The notes under the pieces are model-generated. The model ran no database searches, was not told the DNA's origin, and saw nothing but the letters and a program-made list of their open reading frames with translations. The position numbers and the translations under genes were made by a program. Below, piece by piece: positions 10,160-19,521 of a stretch of DNA of 64,000 nucleotides (the stretch's first letter is position 1; every line of letters starts with the position of its first letter). Location of the stretch: contig CALWBV010000002.1 of NCBI GenBank assembly GCA_944376205.1, forward strand, positions 72,520-136,519, written 5' to 3'. Source of the stretch: an uncultured Christensenellaceae bacterium. GTDB taxonomy: Bacteria; Bacillota; Clostridia; Christensenellales; UBA3700.

Positions 10160-11281
10160 TCAGTTTTTCGCACCTGCGTACTTGGGCTTTTCGTTTTTCG
10201 CACCGTCACGCTTTGCGATCTTTCTCTTATCCGAAGCATTTTTCATTAGACAGTAAATCGAAGGAGCAACTACCAACGACGAATAGAAACCTGCGATAAG
10301 TCCGAAGATTACGGGAAGCGCAAATTCTCTTACGGATGCGGTACCTATGATTGCAAACAATGTGATAGCTACCATTGTTGTAATAGTCGAGTTGATACAA
10401 CGTGCCATTGTCTCAACGATAGATTCGTTGACGATTTTATTGTTGTCGACAATAGCAGTTTTATTGCCTGCTTTTGCAATCTTGACGTTTTCTCTTACTC
10501 TGTCAAATACGACAATGGTATTGTTGATCGAGTAAGATACTATCGTGATTACTGCAGCGATAAATGCACTGTTTATCTGTATTCTGAAGATAGCCACAAG
10601 ACAAATCATCATAGACACGTCGTGCATCAATGCGATAATTGCAGCGAGACCGCTCCAAACCTCAAATCTGAATCTGATATAAATCAATATGAGCATCAAC
10701 GTTATAAAGATAGCGAGCAATGCTGTCTGAATAAGTTTTGAAGATGCGGTTGCGCCTATAAATTGAGTGGCAACGATATTGCTTCCGTAAGAAATGTAAT
10801 GTCCCGAAAGTTCCTCTCTTATAAGATCGTTACGATAAGACGACAAGTCGTTCTTTTCGGTATCGAAAGCCGAAGAAATATTGTCATATTTGATGAGGAG
10901 AGACATTTCCAAATCGCTGCCCGAAGTCTGTACATAGCTTATGGAAGCCGTTGCAGCGCTCTTGGTGATGTTTATGCCGAGTTCTTTTGCATAAGCCACT
11001 ACCTTTTCGGCAATCTCTTCACTCGTGAGTACGCTTTCGATATAATCGTAATTTTCGTCGTACTTTTCTTTATCGTTCAAAACGTCGGAGCCGAGTTCTA
11101 CGGTCAAAATCGAACCGCCTGCAAAGTCGATACCGATATTGAGACCTTTTGAAATATCGTGATTGATGCCTGCATAAGATGCAAATACGATTACGGCAAT
11201 CACGAATACAACTACGGGAGCAATTGCCCAAATGCCGTGTTTTTCTACGATTTTGGCATTCATGAGTTTACTTTTATTCAT
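10160..11281 (-). CDS. secF: Protein translocase subunit SecF
   Basis: 373 aa; GIDFAGGS motif, six-TM SecD/F core; ATGA overlap with the secD stop. Confidence 0.93.
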   Translation of the reverse strand: MNKSKLMNAKIVEKHGIWAIAPVVVFVIAVIVFASYAGINHDISKGLNIGIDFAGGSILTVELGSDVLNDKEKYDENYDYIESVLTSEEIAEKVVAYAKELGINITKSAATASISYVQTSGSDLEMSLLIKYDNISSAFDTEKNDLSSYRNDLIREELSGHYISYGSNIVATQFIGATASSKLIQTALLAIFITLMLILIYIRFRFEVWSGLAAIIALMHDVSMMICLVAIFRIQINSAFIAAVITIVSYSINNTIVVFDRVRENVKIAKAGNKTAIVDNNKIVNESIVETMARCINSTITTMVAITLFAIIGTASVREFALPVIFGLIAGFYSSLVVAPSIYCLMKNASDKRKIAKRDGAKNEKPKYAGAKN

Positions 11282-12816
11282 CTGGCACCTCCCTTCTTAT
11301 TGTTTTTCTTTGCTTTTTTGGGAGCTTTGGGAGAAGCAACTTTTGCCTTTGCGGGCTGTTTTTGTTCAACACCCAACACAACTACGCTACCGTCAGACGA
11401 AAGCACCTGTTCGATAACTTCTTCGCTGTTTTCTTCAGCTTCTTCCTGTGCTTCTTCTTCGGCTTCGAGCTCTTTGAGCTGTTCGTCTGTAAGCACTCTC
11501 TTAAGTCCGAAAAGTTTGTTTTTCGTCTCGTCGCAGAAACTCAATATACATTCGAGTATGAGTCTCGAAAGCAACAAGGAAGACAAAAGCGAAAGAATAA
11601 TACCTATCAACAATGTTATACCGAAGCTCTTTATTGTAGAAGCGCCTACGATAATAAGGACTACAGCACCGATAATGGTAGTAATGTTACCGTCGAGAAT
11701 TGCGCCGAGCGAACGTTTGAAACCTGTATTGACAGCCGTACGCATAGTCTTACCTGTCGCATATTCTTCTTTGATACGTTCAAATATAATTACGTTTGCG
11801 TCAACCGCCATACCTATTGCAAGCAGTACACCTGCGATACCGGACAACGTAAGCTGTACCCAAGGGAAAATCGCAAGGAAGAAAAGATATGTCAGTGAAT
11901 AATACCACAAAGACAAACTTGCCGCAACACCGAGCAATCTGTAGAAAGCGATAATATATATAAAGATGATAACAAGACCTACGACACCCGAGATAACGCC
12001 CGCTTTGATTGCAGATGCACCGAGAGTAGCCGTCAAAGTATTGCTCTCGTCGAGTTTAAGAGTCAGAGGGAAAGATCCTGCCTGAATCTTAACTGCGAGG
12101 TCATATGCCTGATCATAAGTATAATTACCGCTGATGGACGCCGAACCCGTTGTGATAGCCGAACTTACGTTGGGGGCGATTTCACGCTTGCCGTTGATCC
12201 AAATTGCAAGCTGTTTACCCGTCAAAGCCGTAGTTGCTGTCGAAAACTTTTCTGTACCCTCATCGGTAAACTGGAGCGATACTACGTAATAACCTGTTGA
12301 GCTATCGTAACTTACGCCGGCATTAGCTATATCGTCACCGGTCAGTTTGCTGTCGAGCTTTACGCTACCGTTGGGATCGTCCAAAGACAAATCCGAACTC
12401 TCGTCTTCGCTCACATATTCTTTGAATTCGAGACTTGAAGGTTTTCCGATAAGATTAAATATTCTTTCGGGGTCGTCTTCGTCAGGAATTTCTACACGAA
12501 TTGTTTCGTTGGATATAGTAACCTGCGCTTCGGTGTAACCTTTGCTGAAAAGCAAGGATTCCAAACTCGAACGGGTACCTTCCAATAATGTGTCCAGGTT
12601 TTCCTTTTGCTCGTCGGTAAGCTTTGCTTCGTCGACGCTGTAAACGGCATATACGCCGCCGCTGAGGTCAAGACCCAGACTGATTGTTGTGACATAGGCA
12701 TTGTAATTGTATATGCCGAGTTCACCGTTGTCCAAAGAGACAAAAGCGAATACCGAACCGAATACAATAAGTATTGCCAGTATTGTCAAAATCACAATTG
12801 ACTGCCACTTTTTCAC
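11278..12816 (-). CDS. secD: Protein translocase subunit SecD (with acidic/Lys-rich C-terminal tail)
   Basis: 512 aa; N-terminal TM, GLDLSGG motif, C-terminal 6-TM core (IFERIKEE); GTG start 10 nt after GGGAGG; last ~75 aa are low-complexity E/K-rich. Confidence 0.93.
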   Translation of the reverse strand: MKKWQSIVILTILAILIVFGSVFAFVSLDNGELGIYNYNAYVTTISLGLDLSGGVYAVYSVDEAKLTDEQKENLDTLLEGTRSSLESLLFSKGYTEAQVTISNETIRVEIPDEDDPERIFNLIGKPSSLEFKEYVSEDESSDLSLDDPNGSVKLDSKLTGDDIANAGVSYDSSTGYYVVSLQFTDEGTEKFSTATTALTGKQLAIWINGKREIAPNVSSAITTGSASISGNYTYDQAYDLAVKIQAGSFPLTLKLDESNTLTATLGASAIKAGVISGVVGLVIIFIYIIAFYRLLGVAASLSLWYYSLTYLFFLAIFPWVQLTLSGIAGVLLAIGMAVDANVIIFERIKEEYATGKTMRTAVNTGFKRSLGAILDGNITTIIGAVVLIIVGASTIKSFGITLLIGIILSLLSSLLLSRLILECILSFCDETKNKLFGLKRVLTDEQLKELEAEEEAQEEAEENSEEVIEQVLSSDGSVVVLGVEQKQPAKAKVASPKAPKKAKKNNKKGGAR

Positions 12817-13081
12817 CTTGTTGTTGCCTCCCTAAATTATTAGTCATTATCTATTATATATATATAATAAAAATAAGTCAATAAAATTTTTTGTTTTTTT
12901 TGACTGTAAAAAGTAATTTTACACCGCACGCCGATCATATATACCCTTTTGCGACTCTCAAAGCCGATTTCACTTTGATTTTGCAACAAATATATTTTTA
13001 ACCATGCGACGATTTTTATAATAAAGCCTTATTAACACAAAAAAAATACGCCCCCGAAACATATCGGAAGCGTAAGTTTTA

Positions 13082-13393
13082 TCAGTCTTCGTTTTTTGCG
13101 TCCTGAAGGTCGCATTCTTTAAGATACTCTTGATAGAGTGCGTCCAACAAATCTTCGTCTTCTACGGGAGTGAACAAGTCGTTTCCGTTTTCGTCCTCCT
13201 CGATTTTGAAAATAAACATTTCATCATCGTCCATGTCTCCGAGCTCAACGGGTTGAACGTATATATACCACTCATTGTTGTAGTCAAGAGTTGCGATATG
13301 ATTAAACTCAACCTCTTTGCCGTCCTCGTCGACCATAACAATGATCTCATCGTCCTGCATCTCTTCGTCTTTGATGTCTTCAGCCATTTTCAT
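13082..13393 (-). CDS. DUF1292-family small acidic protein
   Basis: 103 aa, highly acidic; pattern IIVMVDEDGKEVEFNHIATLDYNNEWYIYVQPVE matches my recollection of DUF1292. Confidence 0.7.
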   Translation of the reverse strand: MKMAEDIKDEEMQDDEIIVMVDEDGKEVEFNHIATLDYNNEWYIYVQPVELGDMDDDEMFIFKIEEDENGNDLFTPVEDEDLLDALYQEYLKECDLQDAKNED

Positions 13394-13518
13394 GTCCTCC
13401 TTTTTATTACAATATTATAATATCTGTACGAAGGCTTTTTGTCAAGGAATTTACCTTCGGTAAAATATTCTGTTGTATTTACACTGCTTTCAAACAAGCT
13501 TCTCTATATTTTTTATTG

Positions 13519-14286
13519 TCAACGCACGTCGAAAACCAACTTGTAAAGCGCCACGGAAAGACTGACCGCCGCATTGAGCGACTCCATATCTCCTTTCATC
13601 GGCAGCGAGATTGTCTGCCCCGCATTTCTGAATTCGTCGGATATTCCTCTGCTTTCGCTTCCTACGACAAGCGCAAAAGGATTTTTGATTTGTCCGATAT
13701 CGTATATGTTTTTGCCATTCATATCCAAAACATACAATGAATGTGCCGAAAGCGCCTCTAAAGCCTGACTTCTCTGCATTTTCACAATACTAATTTTGAA
13801 CACTCCGCCCATCGACGCCCTTATTACCTTTCCTGAAAAGCAATCAACGCTGTCAATCGCTACAAGCTGCTTTATGCCGCATGCCGCACAAGTACGTATT
13901 ATCGTCCCCATGTTTCCGGGATCACTTACGCCGTCTGTTACAACTACGTTTCCCGATAAATCGAGAGTTTTCTCGACATAATCGGCCACCAACAAAATAC
14001 CAGACGGGGTTACCGTCTCGCTTATTGCCTTCATGACCTTTTCGTCAACGAGATTAACGCAGTCGTTCGGATAGCGTTTGAGAATATCATTGTAATCTTC
14101 GGCAAAATTTTTTGTCGCGAAAACTTCTCTCACGGGTAAATCCGACGGTAAATCTTTGACAAGATTATAGCCTTCGACAATATACTGACCGCATTGTTTT
14201 CTGTATTGACTGTCTTTGAGTTTTCTGACGTGTTGCACCTTGGGGTTTTGCAACGAAGTAATTTCATTCATATTTTCATAATACAC
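13519..14286 (-). CDS. TrmH/SpoU-family RNA 2'-O-methyltransferase
   Basis: 255 aa; SpoU motifs ALVVGSESRGIS and ISLPMKGDMESLNAAVSLSVALY; located downstream of rplT as in Bacillus ysgA. Confidence 0.87.
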   Translation of the reverse strand: MYYENMNEITSLQNPKVQHVRKLKDSQYRKQCGQYIVEGYNLVKDLPSDLPVREVFATKNFAEDYNDILKRYPNDCVNLVDEKVMKAISETVTPSGILLVADYVEKTLDLSGNVVVTDGVSDPGNMGTIIRTCAACGIKQLVAIDSVDCFSGKVIRASMGGVFKISIVKMQRSQALEALSAHSLYVLDMNGKNIYDIGQIKNPFALVVGSESRGISDEFRNAGQTISLPMKGDMESLNAAVSLSVALYKLVFDVR

Positions 14287-14491
14287 AATTTATCTTCTCT
14301 TGACAAGACATAAATACCCTATTTGAAAAAATAAATCAGCGTTTTTTATTTTGTCAACTCAAAACCTTCTTTCGAAGATTTATATTATTGTTTCGATATA
14401 CCCTCTTTTTTAGGATAGCACAACGCCTTTACAGTTTTGTCAGAAAGTTTTGCAATAAAACACACTAACTGTAAATCCCGTTTTATCTGAC

Positions 14492-14519
14492 AAAAAAAAG
14501 ACAGCCTTGCGACTGTCTT
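14492..14519 (-). terminator. Rho-independent terminator of the infC-rpmI-rplT operon
   Basis: Minus-strand hairpin AAGACAG-UCGCAAGG-CUGUCUU followed by a U7-8 run, 19 nt after the rplT stop. Confidence 0.8.
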
Positions 14520-14537
14520 ATATCTGCAATAAAACGA

Positions 14538-14882
14538 TTATGCTTTTGCTTTTTCGCAAAGTGCGGTGAAACCTGCGGGATCGTTGACTGCGATGTCTGC
14601 CAAAACCTTACGGTTGAGGTCGATGCCGTTTTTCTTAAGTCCGCTCATAAATCCGGAATAGTTGAGTCCGTTCATTCTTGCAGCAGCGTTGATTCTGGTT
14701 ATCCACAAACTTCTGAAATCACGCTTTTTGAGCTTTCTGCCCACGTATGCATAATTCTGGGACTTCATTACAGCCTGACGAGCTACTCTGTACAACTTGG
14801 ATTTAGCACCGAAGTAACCCTTTGCCGTCTTTAATATCTTTCTGCGTTTTTTAACTGCGTTAACGCCTCTTTTAATTCTCAT
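14538..14882 (-). CDS. rplT: 50S ribosomal protein L20
   Basis: 114 aa; [26 protein letters not shown]-terminus typical of L20. Confidence 0.97.
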   Translation of the reverse strand: MRIKRGVNAVKKRRKILKTAKGYFGAKSKLYRVARQAVMKSQNYAYVGRKLKKRDFRSLWITRINAAARMNGLNYSGFMSGLKKNGIDLNRKVLADIAVNDPAGFTALCEKAKA

Positions 14883-14901
14883 ATCTGTTTACCTCCGTGG
14901 A

Positions 14902-15090
14902 TTAAATCATATTCTTGATGGTCTTCTCTTGTGTAGAAGAAACATAAGTAGTCTTTCTCAAGCTACGCTTTCTTTTAGGTGCTTTCTTGCTCAGAATGTG
15001 TCTTCTGTTCATCTTTGCTCTCTTAACTTTACCTGTACCGGTCAAGTGGAAACGCTTCTTTGCGCCACTGTGTGATTTTTGCTTTGGCAT
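14902..15090 (-). CDS. rpmI: 50S ribosomal protein L35
   Basis: 62 aa; MPKQKSHSGAKKRF...TGTGKVKR; SD GGAGG 8 nt upstream. Confidence 0.97.
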   Translation of the reverse strand: MPKQKSHSGAKKRFHLTGTGKVKRAKMNRRHILSKKAPKRKRSLRKTTYVSSTQEKTIKNMI

Positions 15091-15120
15091 TTATCTATCC
15101 TCCAAATAATGTTATTGATT

Positions 15121-15633
15121 TTATTTTTTAGCAATGGGAGCAAGCGTCATAGCTATACTCTTACCTTCGAGAAAAGGCTTCTTTTCCATTTGCGCAATGT
15201 CTTTGAGTATCTCAAAAAAGTCATCCATGACCTTCATGGCGAGTTCGGGACGTGCCATCTGTCTGCCCCTGAGTCTTATGGAAACTCTTACTCTGTCGCC
15301 GTTGGTCAAAAACTTGTTGGCTTGTTTTGCCTTTGTATTGAGATCACCTACATCGATAGTAGCGGACAACCATACTTCTTTAAGTTCGACAACCTTTTGA
15401 TTTTTCTTGTTTTCTTTTTCTTTCTTGATTGTCTCGTACTTGAATTTGCCGTAGTTCATAATTTTACATACGGGCGGCTTTGCCGTAGGAGAAATCAACA
15501 CGAGGTCAAGTTCTTTCTGTTCGGCAAGTGCGTTAGCGTCGTGACTCGACATGATACCGAGTTGAGTTCCGTCGCTGTCGAGAACTCTCACTTCACACTC
15601 TCTGATTTGTCCGTTGATTAGCATCTCTTTAAT
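15121..15633 (-). CDS. infC: Translation initiation factor IF-3, probable ATT start
   Basis: IF-3 N- and C-domains (INGQIRECEVRVLD..., KVVELKEV...). SD GGGAGGA (15641-15647) is 7 nt from the in-frame ATT at 15633 but 16 nt from the first ATG (15624). Confidence 0.9.
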   Translation of the reverse strand: MKEMLINGQIRECEVRVLDSDGTQLGIMSSHDANALAEQKELDLVLISPTAKPPVCKIMNYGKFKYETIKKEKENKKNQKVVELKEVWLSATIDVGDLNTKAKQANKFLTNGDRVRVSIRLRGRQMARPELAMKVMDDFFEILKDIAQMEKKPFLEGKSIAMTLAPIAKK

Positions 15634-15773
15634 AGTGGTTTCCTCCCTGCACTATGGCGAAAAAAATATGGATAACAAAGCATAAGTTACCCATACAATT
15701 AAATCGTATTTATTAACCGTGTGCGACTCTGTTGCCGACAGGTGAGTATCGTTACTGCTTTGTTTTCGTAGAT
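15634..15773 (-). promoter_or_regulatory. L20-type leader/attenuator of the infC operon
   Basis: ~140-nt 5'UTR with terminator hairpin AUGGGUAAC-N9-GUUAUCCAU + U7 (15660-15694) just upstream of the SD. The 5' segment AACAAAGCA is complementary to UGCUUUGUU in the terminator loop/3' arm (candidate antiterminator). Architecture resembles the Firmicute L20 leader. Confidence 0.55.
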
Positions 15774-15802
15774 ATATTACCAAACTTTTTGCACTCTGTC
15801 AA
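15774..15802 (-). promoter_or_regulatory. Sigma-A-type promoter of the infC operon
   Basis: TTGACA (15797-15802), 17-nt spacer, TAATAT (15774-15779), read on the minus strand. Confidence 0.6.
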
Positions 15803-15866
15803 CAGTTTTACAACAGTTTTTCAAAGGTTTTTTCAACCGATTTTTAATATTTTTTCAAATATAGCA

Positions 15867-16901
15867 CTATTTAAGCGACATTTCGTTTTTTACCGTACAA
15901 GTTTTTGTATCATCGAGATACAACGCTTCGTGCGTAATTAAGTTGCCGTCTCTATATAAATCGACTACTCTTCCGCCTCTGTCGAATTGATTGTATTTTC
16001 TTCTCTGTTTTTGAGAAAAAGGCGAATATTTCCATGCTTTCATGCCGTAAGACGAAAGTCTGCCGTATGCCATAATCAAATTGTAATCTTTAGTCAATTT
16101 ATAATTCGCAGCAAAATTGGCGATATGGTCATGCCCTACGAAAATTCCTTTTACGTTCTTATACTCTCCCAAAAGTTTGGTCAACTTCGCATTCTGAGCG
16201 GCATCTTTTCTGGGATAATAGATTTTTCCTTTTTGCGGATTCTCGACGTCTCCTGCGTATTCTTTCACTATGTCTTTATGCATTCTGCGGTCATACGCAT
16301 CCTGCATCCTTTCGGGCGGCAAATGCATAAACATTGCAATCGGAAGGTCCTTATTTTCTATACTGATTTTTTTATAAAAATCAAGTTGGCTGTCGCATAA
16401 TCCTTTATGTCTTGTTATGACAGCCGTCGCACTGTCCATCAACAATATTCCGAAAAATTTTCTTTCATTCTCATCAAACACCGGGAAAAAATAATTCGTA
16501 TAAGTATCGTCTTTCCCGTTCTTAAAACTATCCTCTCCCTCAACAGTGTTTTTGCCGCCTACATAGTACTTGCTTTGAGAAAATATATCGAGCATTTTGA
16601 TTTTTGCATTCTTTGTCCAAAACCCGTCGTGATTACCGAAACACGTTGTCCAAGGTATTTTTTTAGCATCAAAATAATCTTTTATCTGATTGAGGACAGA
16701 ATACGCTTTTTTCTTTTTTAAGCGCAAAAACTCTCCCCCTACGTTATCGCCCGTAAGTACAATAAAATCAGGATTAGTCGAAGCAATAACGGCATCTTTT
16801 ACGGCTATGCTCTTCTCGTCTATATCGCTGTCATACTGCACGTCGGTAAGTTGAAGTATTCTGAATTTTTCTCTGTCTTTGACACTGAATTTTCGTTTCA
16901 T
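15867..16901 (-). CDS. Metallophosphoesterase (calcineurin-like)
   Basis: 344 aa; LTGDN, GNHD and VGHDH metal-binding motifs. Confidence 0.82.
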   Translation of the reverse strand: MKRKFSVKDREKFRILQLTDVQYDSDIDEKSIAVKDAVIASTNPDFIVLTGDNVGGEFLRLKKKKAYSVLNQIKDYFDAKKIPWTTCFGNHDGFWTKNAKIKMLDIFSQSKYYVGGKNTVEGEDSFKNGKDDTYTNYFFPVFDENERKFFGILLMDSATAVITRHKGLCDSQLDFYKKISIENKDLPIAMFMHLPPERMQDAYDRRMHKDIVKEYAGDVENPQKGKIYYPRKDAAQNAKLTKLLGEYKNVKGIFVGHDHIANFAANYKLTKDYNLIMAYGRLSSYGMKAWKYSPFSQKQRRKYNQFDRGGRVVDLYRDGNLITHEALYLDDTKTCTVKNEMSLK

Positions 16902-17063
16902 AAATCTCTCCTTATTTGATTATAACAATAACGCTTAATCTTCACAATATCGAATGGGTTAATTTTATGTAATATTTTGCTTAACCGTTTGACTAAAAGC
17001 ATTAAAGAAAGATTGCTTTATGAATAATTTTTTCATTTTTTCTGAAGTTGATACCTGTTTATT

Positions 17064-17097
17064 AAAAATTATACGGGCACACTTTTCAGTGTGCCCG
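17064..17097 (-). terminator. Terminator downstream of thrS
   Basis: Hairpin CGGGCACACU-GAAA-AGUGUGCCCG (17074-17097) followed by UAUAAUUUUU on the minus strand. Confidence 0.7.
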
Positions 17098-17130
17098 CAA
17101 AATGCGTAAGTTGTCTATTCCAACAGGACA

Positions 17131-19068
17131 TCAGTCGAGTCTCTTTGTAGCTACGTCGTCAAGTACCTTTTCGGCAAATTCGGCAAGTTTCATTTCGCCC
17201 ATTACGACGCCGCCCCTTCTTCTTACCGCAACTACGCCGTTTTCGACTTCTTTGTCACCAATAATCAACATATAAGGCACTTTTTCAAGCTGCGCAGACC
17301 TTATCTTGTAACCGATAGTTTCATTTCTTGCGTCAACTTCTGCTCTGATACCCATAACACGCAATTTTTCTTTAATCTTATTGCATTCGTCAACCGTACG
17401 GTCAGTAATGCTGATTACCTTAACCTGTACAGGGCTGATCCATACGGGGAATGCGCCTGCATATTTTTCGATAAGAAGCGCCATAGTACGTTCGTAACAA
17501 CCGATTGACGAACGGTGAATAATATAAGGTCTTCTCTTCTCGCCGTTTTCGTCGATATAAGTCATGTCGAAATTCTCTGCAAGGAACATGTCGACCTGCA
17601 CGGTAATGATAGTATCTTCTTTGCCGTGTACGTTTTTGATCTGAATATCGAGTTTAGGTCCGTAGAAAGCCGCTTCGCCCTTTGCTTCGGTATATTTTAT
17701 TCCGATATGATCGAGGATCTTTCTCATCGTATCTTCGGCAGTTGCCCAAATTTCAGGCTCATTGATATACTTTTCTGTATTTTCGGGATCCCATTTACTG
17801 AATCTGTAAGTTACGTCGTTTTTGAGACCCGTGCATTTGAGCATGTAATTGATAAGATCGACAACTCCTCTGAATTCGGCTTCGAGCTGTTCGGGAGTAC
17901 AAATAATGTGTCCTTCGGAGAGAGTAAACTGTCTTACTCTTATGAGTCCGTGCATTTCGCCTGACGCTTCGTTTCTGAACAAAGTAGAGGTTTCTCCGTA
18001 TCTGATAGGCAAATCTCTGTAAGATTTGATACCGTTGTTGTAAATCGTATATTGGAAAGGACAAGTCATAGGACGGAGTGCAAAAACTTCATCATCCTTT
18101 TCTTCGTCGCCCATAACAAACATACCGTCACGATAGTGATCCCAGTGTCCGGATATCTTATAGAGATTGGACTTTGCCATATAAGGAGTCTTTGTGAGTA
18201 CATAACCTCTCTTTTCCTCCTCGTCCTCTACGAATCTCTGCAAAATCTGGAACATCTTTGCGCCCTTGGGCATGAGAAGGGGCAAACCTTGACCGATATT
18301 TTCGTCGGTCATAAAGATACCCATATCACGTCCCAACTTGTTGTGATCGCGCTTTTTAGCTTCTTCGACAGCTTCGAGATATGCCTGAAGATCGGCTTTT
18401 TTATCAAAAGAGGTTCCGTAAATTCTCGAAAGCATCTTATTGTTTTCGTTACCTCTCCAATATGCGCCCGTAAGACTTGTGAGCTTGAATGCCTTGACCA
18501 TACCAGTAAAAGGCAAATGAGGTCCTGCGCACAAATCTACGAAATCGCCCTGCTTGTAGAACGATATTTCTTCGCCTTCGGGCAAATCGTTGATAAGTTG
18601 AACCTTATAATCTTCGCCGTATCCCGACATGAGTTTGATAGCCTCATTTTTAGGCAATACAAATCTCGTGATAGGATAGTTTGCTTTGATTATATTCTTC
18701 ATTTCCTGCTCTATCTTTGCAAATTCTTCTGTGGAGATAGGTGTTTTGAAATCAAAATCATAATAAAAACCGTTTGCGATGGCAGGACCTATCGCAAGTT
18801 TTACCGTAGGAAAAATATTCTTTACAGCCTGTGCAAGAATGTGCGAACAGGTATGTCTGTAAATGAGTTTTCCTTCGTCGTCTGCAAATGTAAGGATTTC
18901 GAGTTTGCAGTCTTTGTCAACGATGTATCTCGTTTCGACAACTTTTCCGTCTACCTTTGCGCCGACAGCCACTCTAGCAAGTCCGTCAGACAACTCTTTT
19001 GCTATCTCGTAGACGCTCATTCCTTCTTGAAATTGTTTTACACTTCCGTCTTTAAGCGTAATGTTCAT
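17131..19068 (-). CDS. thrS: Threonine--tRNA ligase
   Basis: TGS N-terminus (ITLKDGSVKQF), editing-domain HxxxH (HTCSHILAQA), class II core and anticodon-binding domain. The ATG at 19068 follows AAGAGGTG; the upstream 33 codons of the ORF track run through the T-box terminator. Confidence 0.96.
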   Translation of the reverse strand: MNITLKDGSVKQFQEGMSVYEIAKELSDGLARVAVGAKVDGKVVETRYIVDKDCKLEILTFADDEGKLIYRHTCSHILAQAVKNIFPTVKLAIGPAIANGFYYDFDFKTPISTEEFAKIEQEMKNIIKANYPITRFVLPKNEAIKLMSGYGEDYKVQLINDLPEGEEISFYKQGDFVDLCAGPHLPFTGMVKAFKLTSLTGAYWRGNENNKMLSRIYGTSFDKKADLQAYLEAVEEAKKRDHNKLGRDMGIFMTDENIGQGLPLLMPKGAKMFQILQRFVEDEEEKRGYVLTKTPYMAKSNLYKISGHWDHYRDGMFVMGDEEKDDEVFALRPMTCPFQYTIYNNGIKSYRDLPIRYGETSTLFRNEASGEMHGLIRVRQFTLSEGHIICTPEQLEAEFRGVVDLINYMLKCTGLKNDVTYRFSKWDPENTEKYINEPEIWATAEDTMRKILDHIGIKYTEAKGEAAFYGPKLDIQIKNVHGKEDTIITVQVDMFLAENFDMTYIDENGEKRRPYIIHRSSIGCYERTMALLIEKYAGAFPVWISPVQVKVISITDRTVDECNKIKEKLRVMGIRAEVDARNETIGYKIRSAQLEKVPYMLIIGDKEVENGVVAVRRRGGVVMGEMKLAEFAEKVLDDVATKRLD

Positions 19069-19133
19069 AAGACACCTCTTTATATCTGTATTGTTGGATT
19101 CCTGTATGATATTCAATCGTAGTTTTACGGACA

Positions 19134-19352
19134 TAAAAAAACCGCCCTTGCATAAGGACGATATCATCGCGGTTCCACCTTAATTACGGCATATTGCCGT
19201 CACTCAATTTCCCTTGTCGCAGGGTGACGTGTTTTTCCACGGGTGGTATAATCTGTATCCTTGTACGACGCTCTCACCTGCCGCCGTTCTCTGTAACAAT
19301 TTCCTACGGATTACGTGTCCCTCGGTGTGCCTTGGCACTACAATTGAATTGT
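19134..19352 (-). promoter_or_regulatory. T-box leader (threonine specifier) controlling thrS
   Basis: Minus strand carries the T-box sequence AAUUAAGGUGGAACCGCG (19168-19185), then terminator CGUCCUU-AUGC-AAGGGCG + U8 (19134-19160). AGAGA and GGUGAGAG stem-I elements lie upstream, and an ACC-A triplet (19244-19247) sits in a plausible specifier position. Confidence 0.85.
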
Positions 19353-19358
19353 ATGTAT

Positions 19359-19387
19359 ATTATAATACCACACAAATCTCTTGTCAA
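19359..19387 (-). promoter_or_regulatory. Consensus sigma-A promoter of the thrS leader
   Basis: TTGACA (19382-19387), 17 nt, TATAAT (19359-19364) on the minus strand. Confidence 0.7.
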
Positions 19388-19521
19388 CACAAAACACAAC
19401 AATTTTACACTCAAACACACCTTTTTACGTCATATACAATATATTGTATGTGCAGTTTTTCACAGCACTATAAAAAATAAAAGCGGCACAAAAGTGTCGT
19501 TTTTATAATTATTGTTTGTCG

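Noticed and set aside
19069-19167. N-terminal extensions suggested by the ORF track for thrS (to 19167), polA (to 28490), coaE (to 25875), pnp (to 2340), the TM1266-like gene (to 42572) and the DUF4234 protein (to 22927)
   Set aside because: In each case an internal ATG with a proper SD gives the family-typical N-terminus. The extension overlaps a terminator, an SD or an upstream gene.
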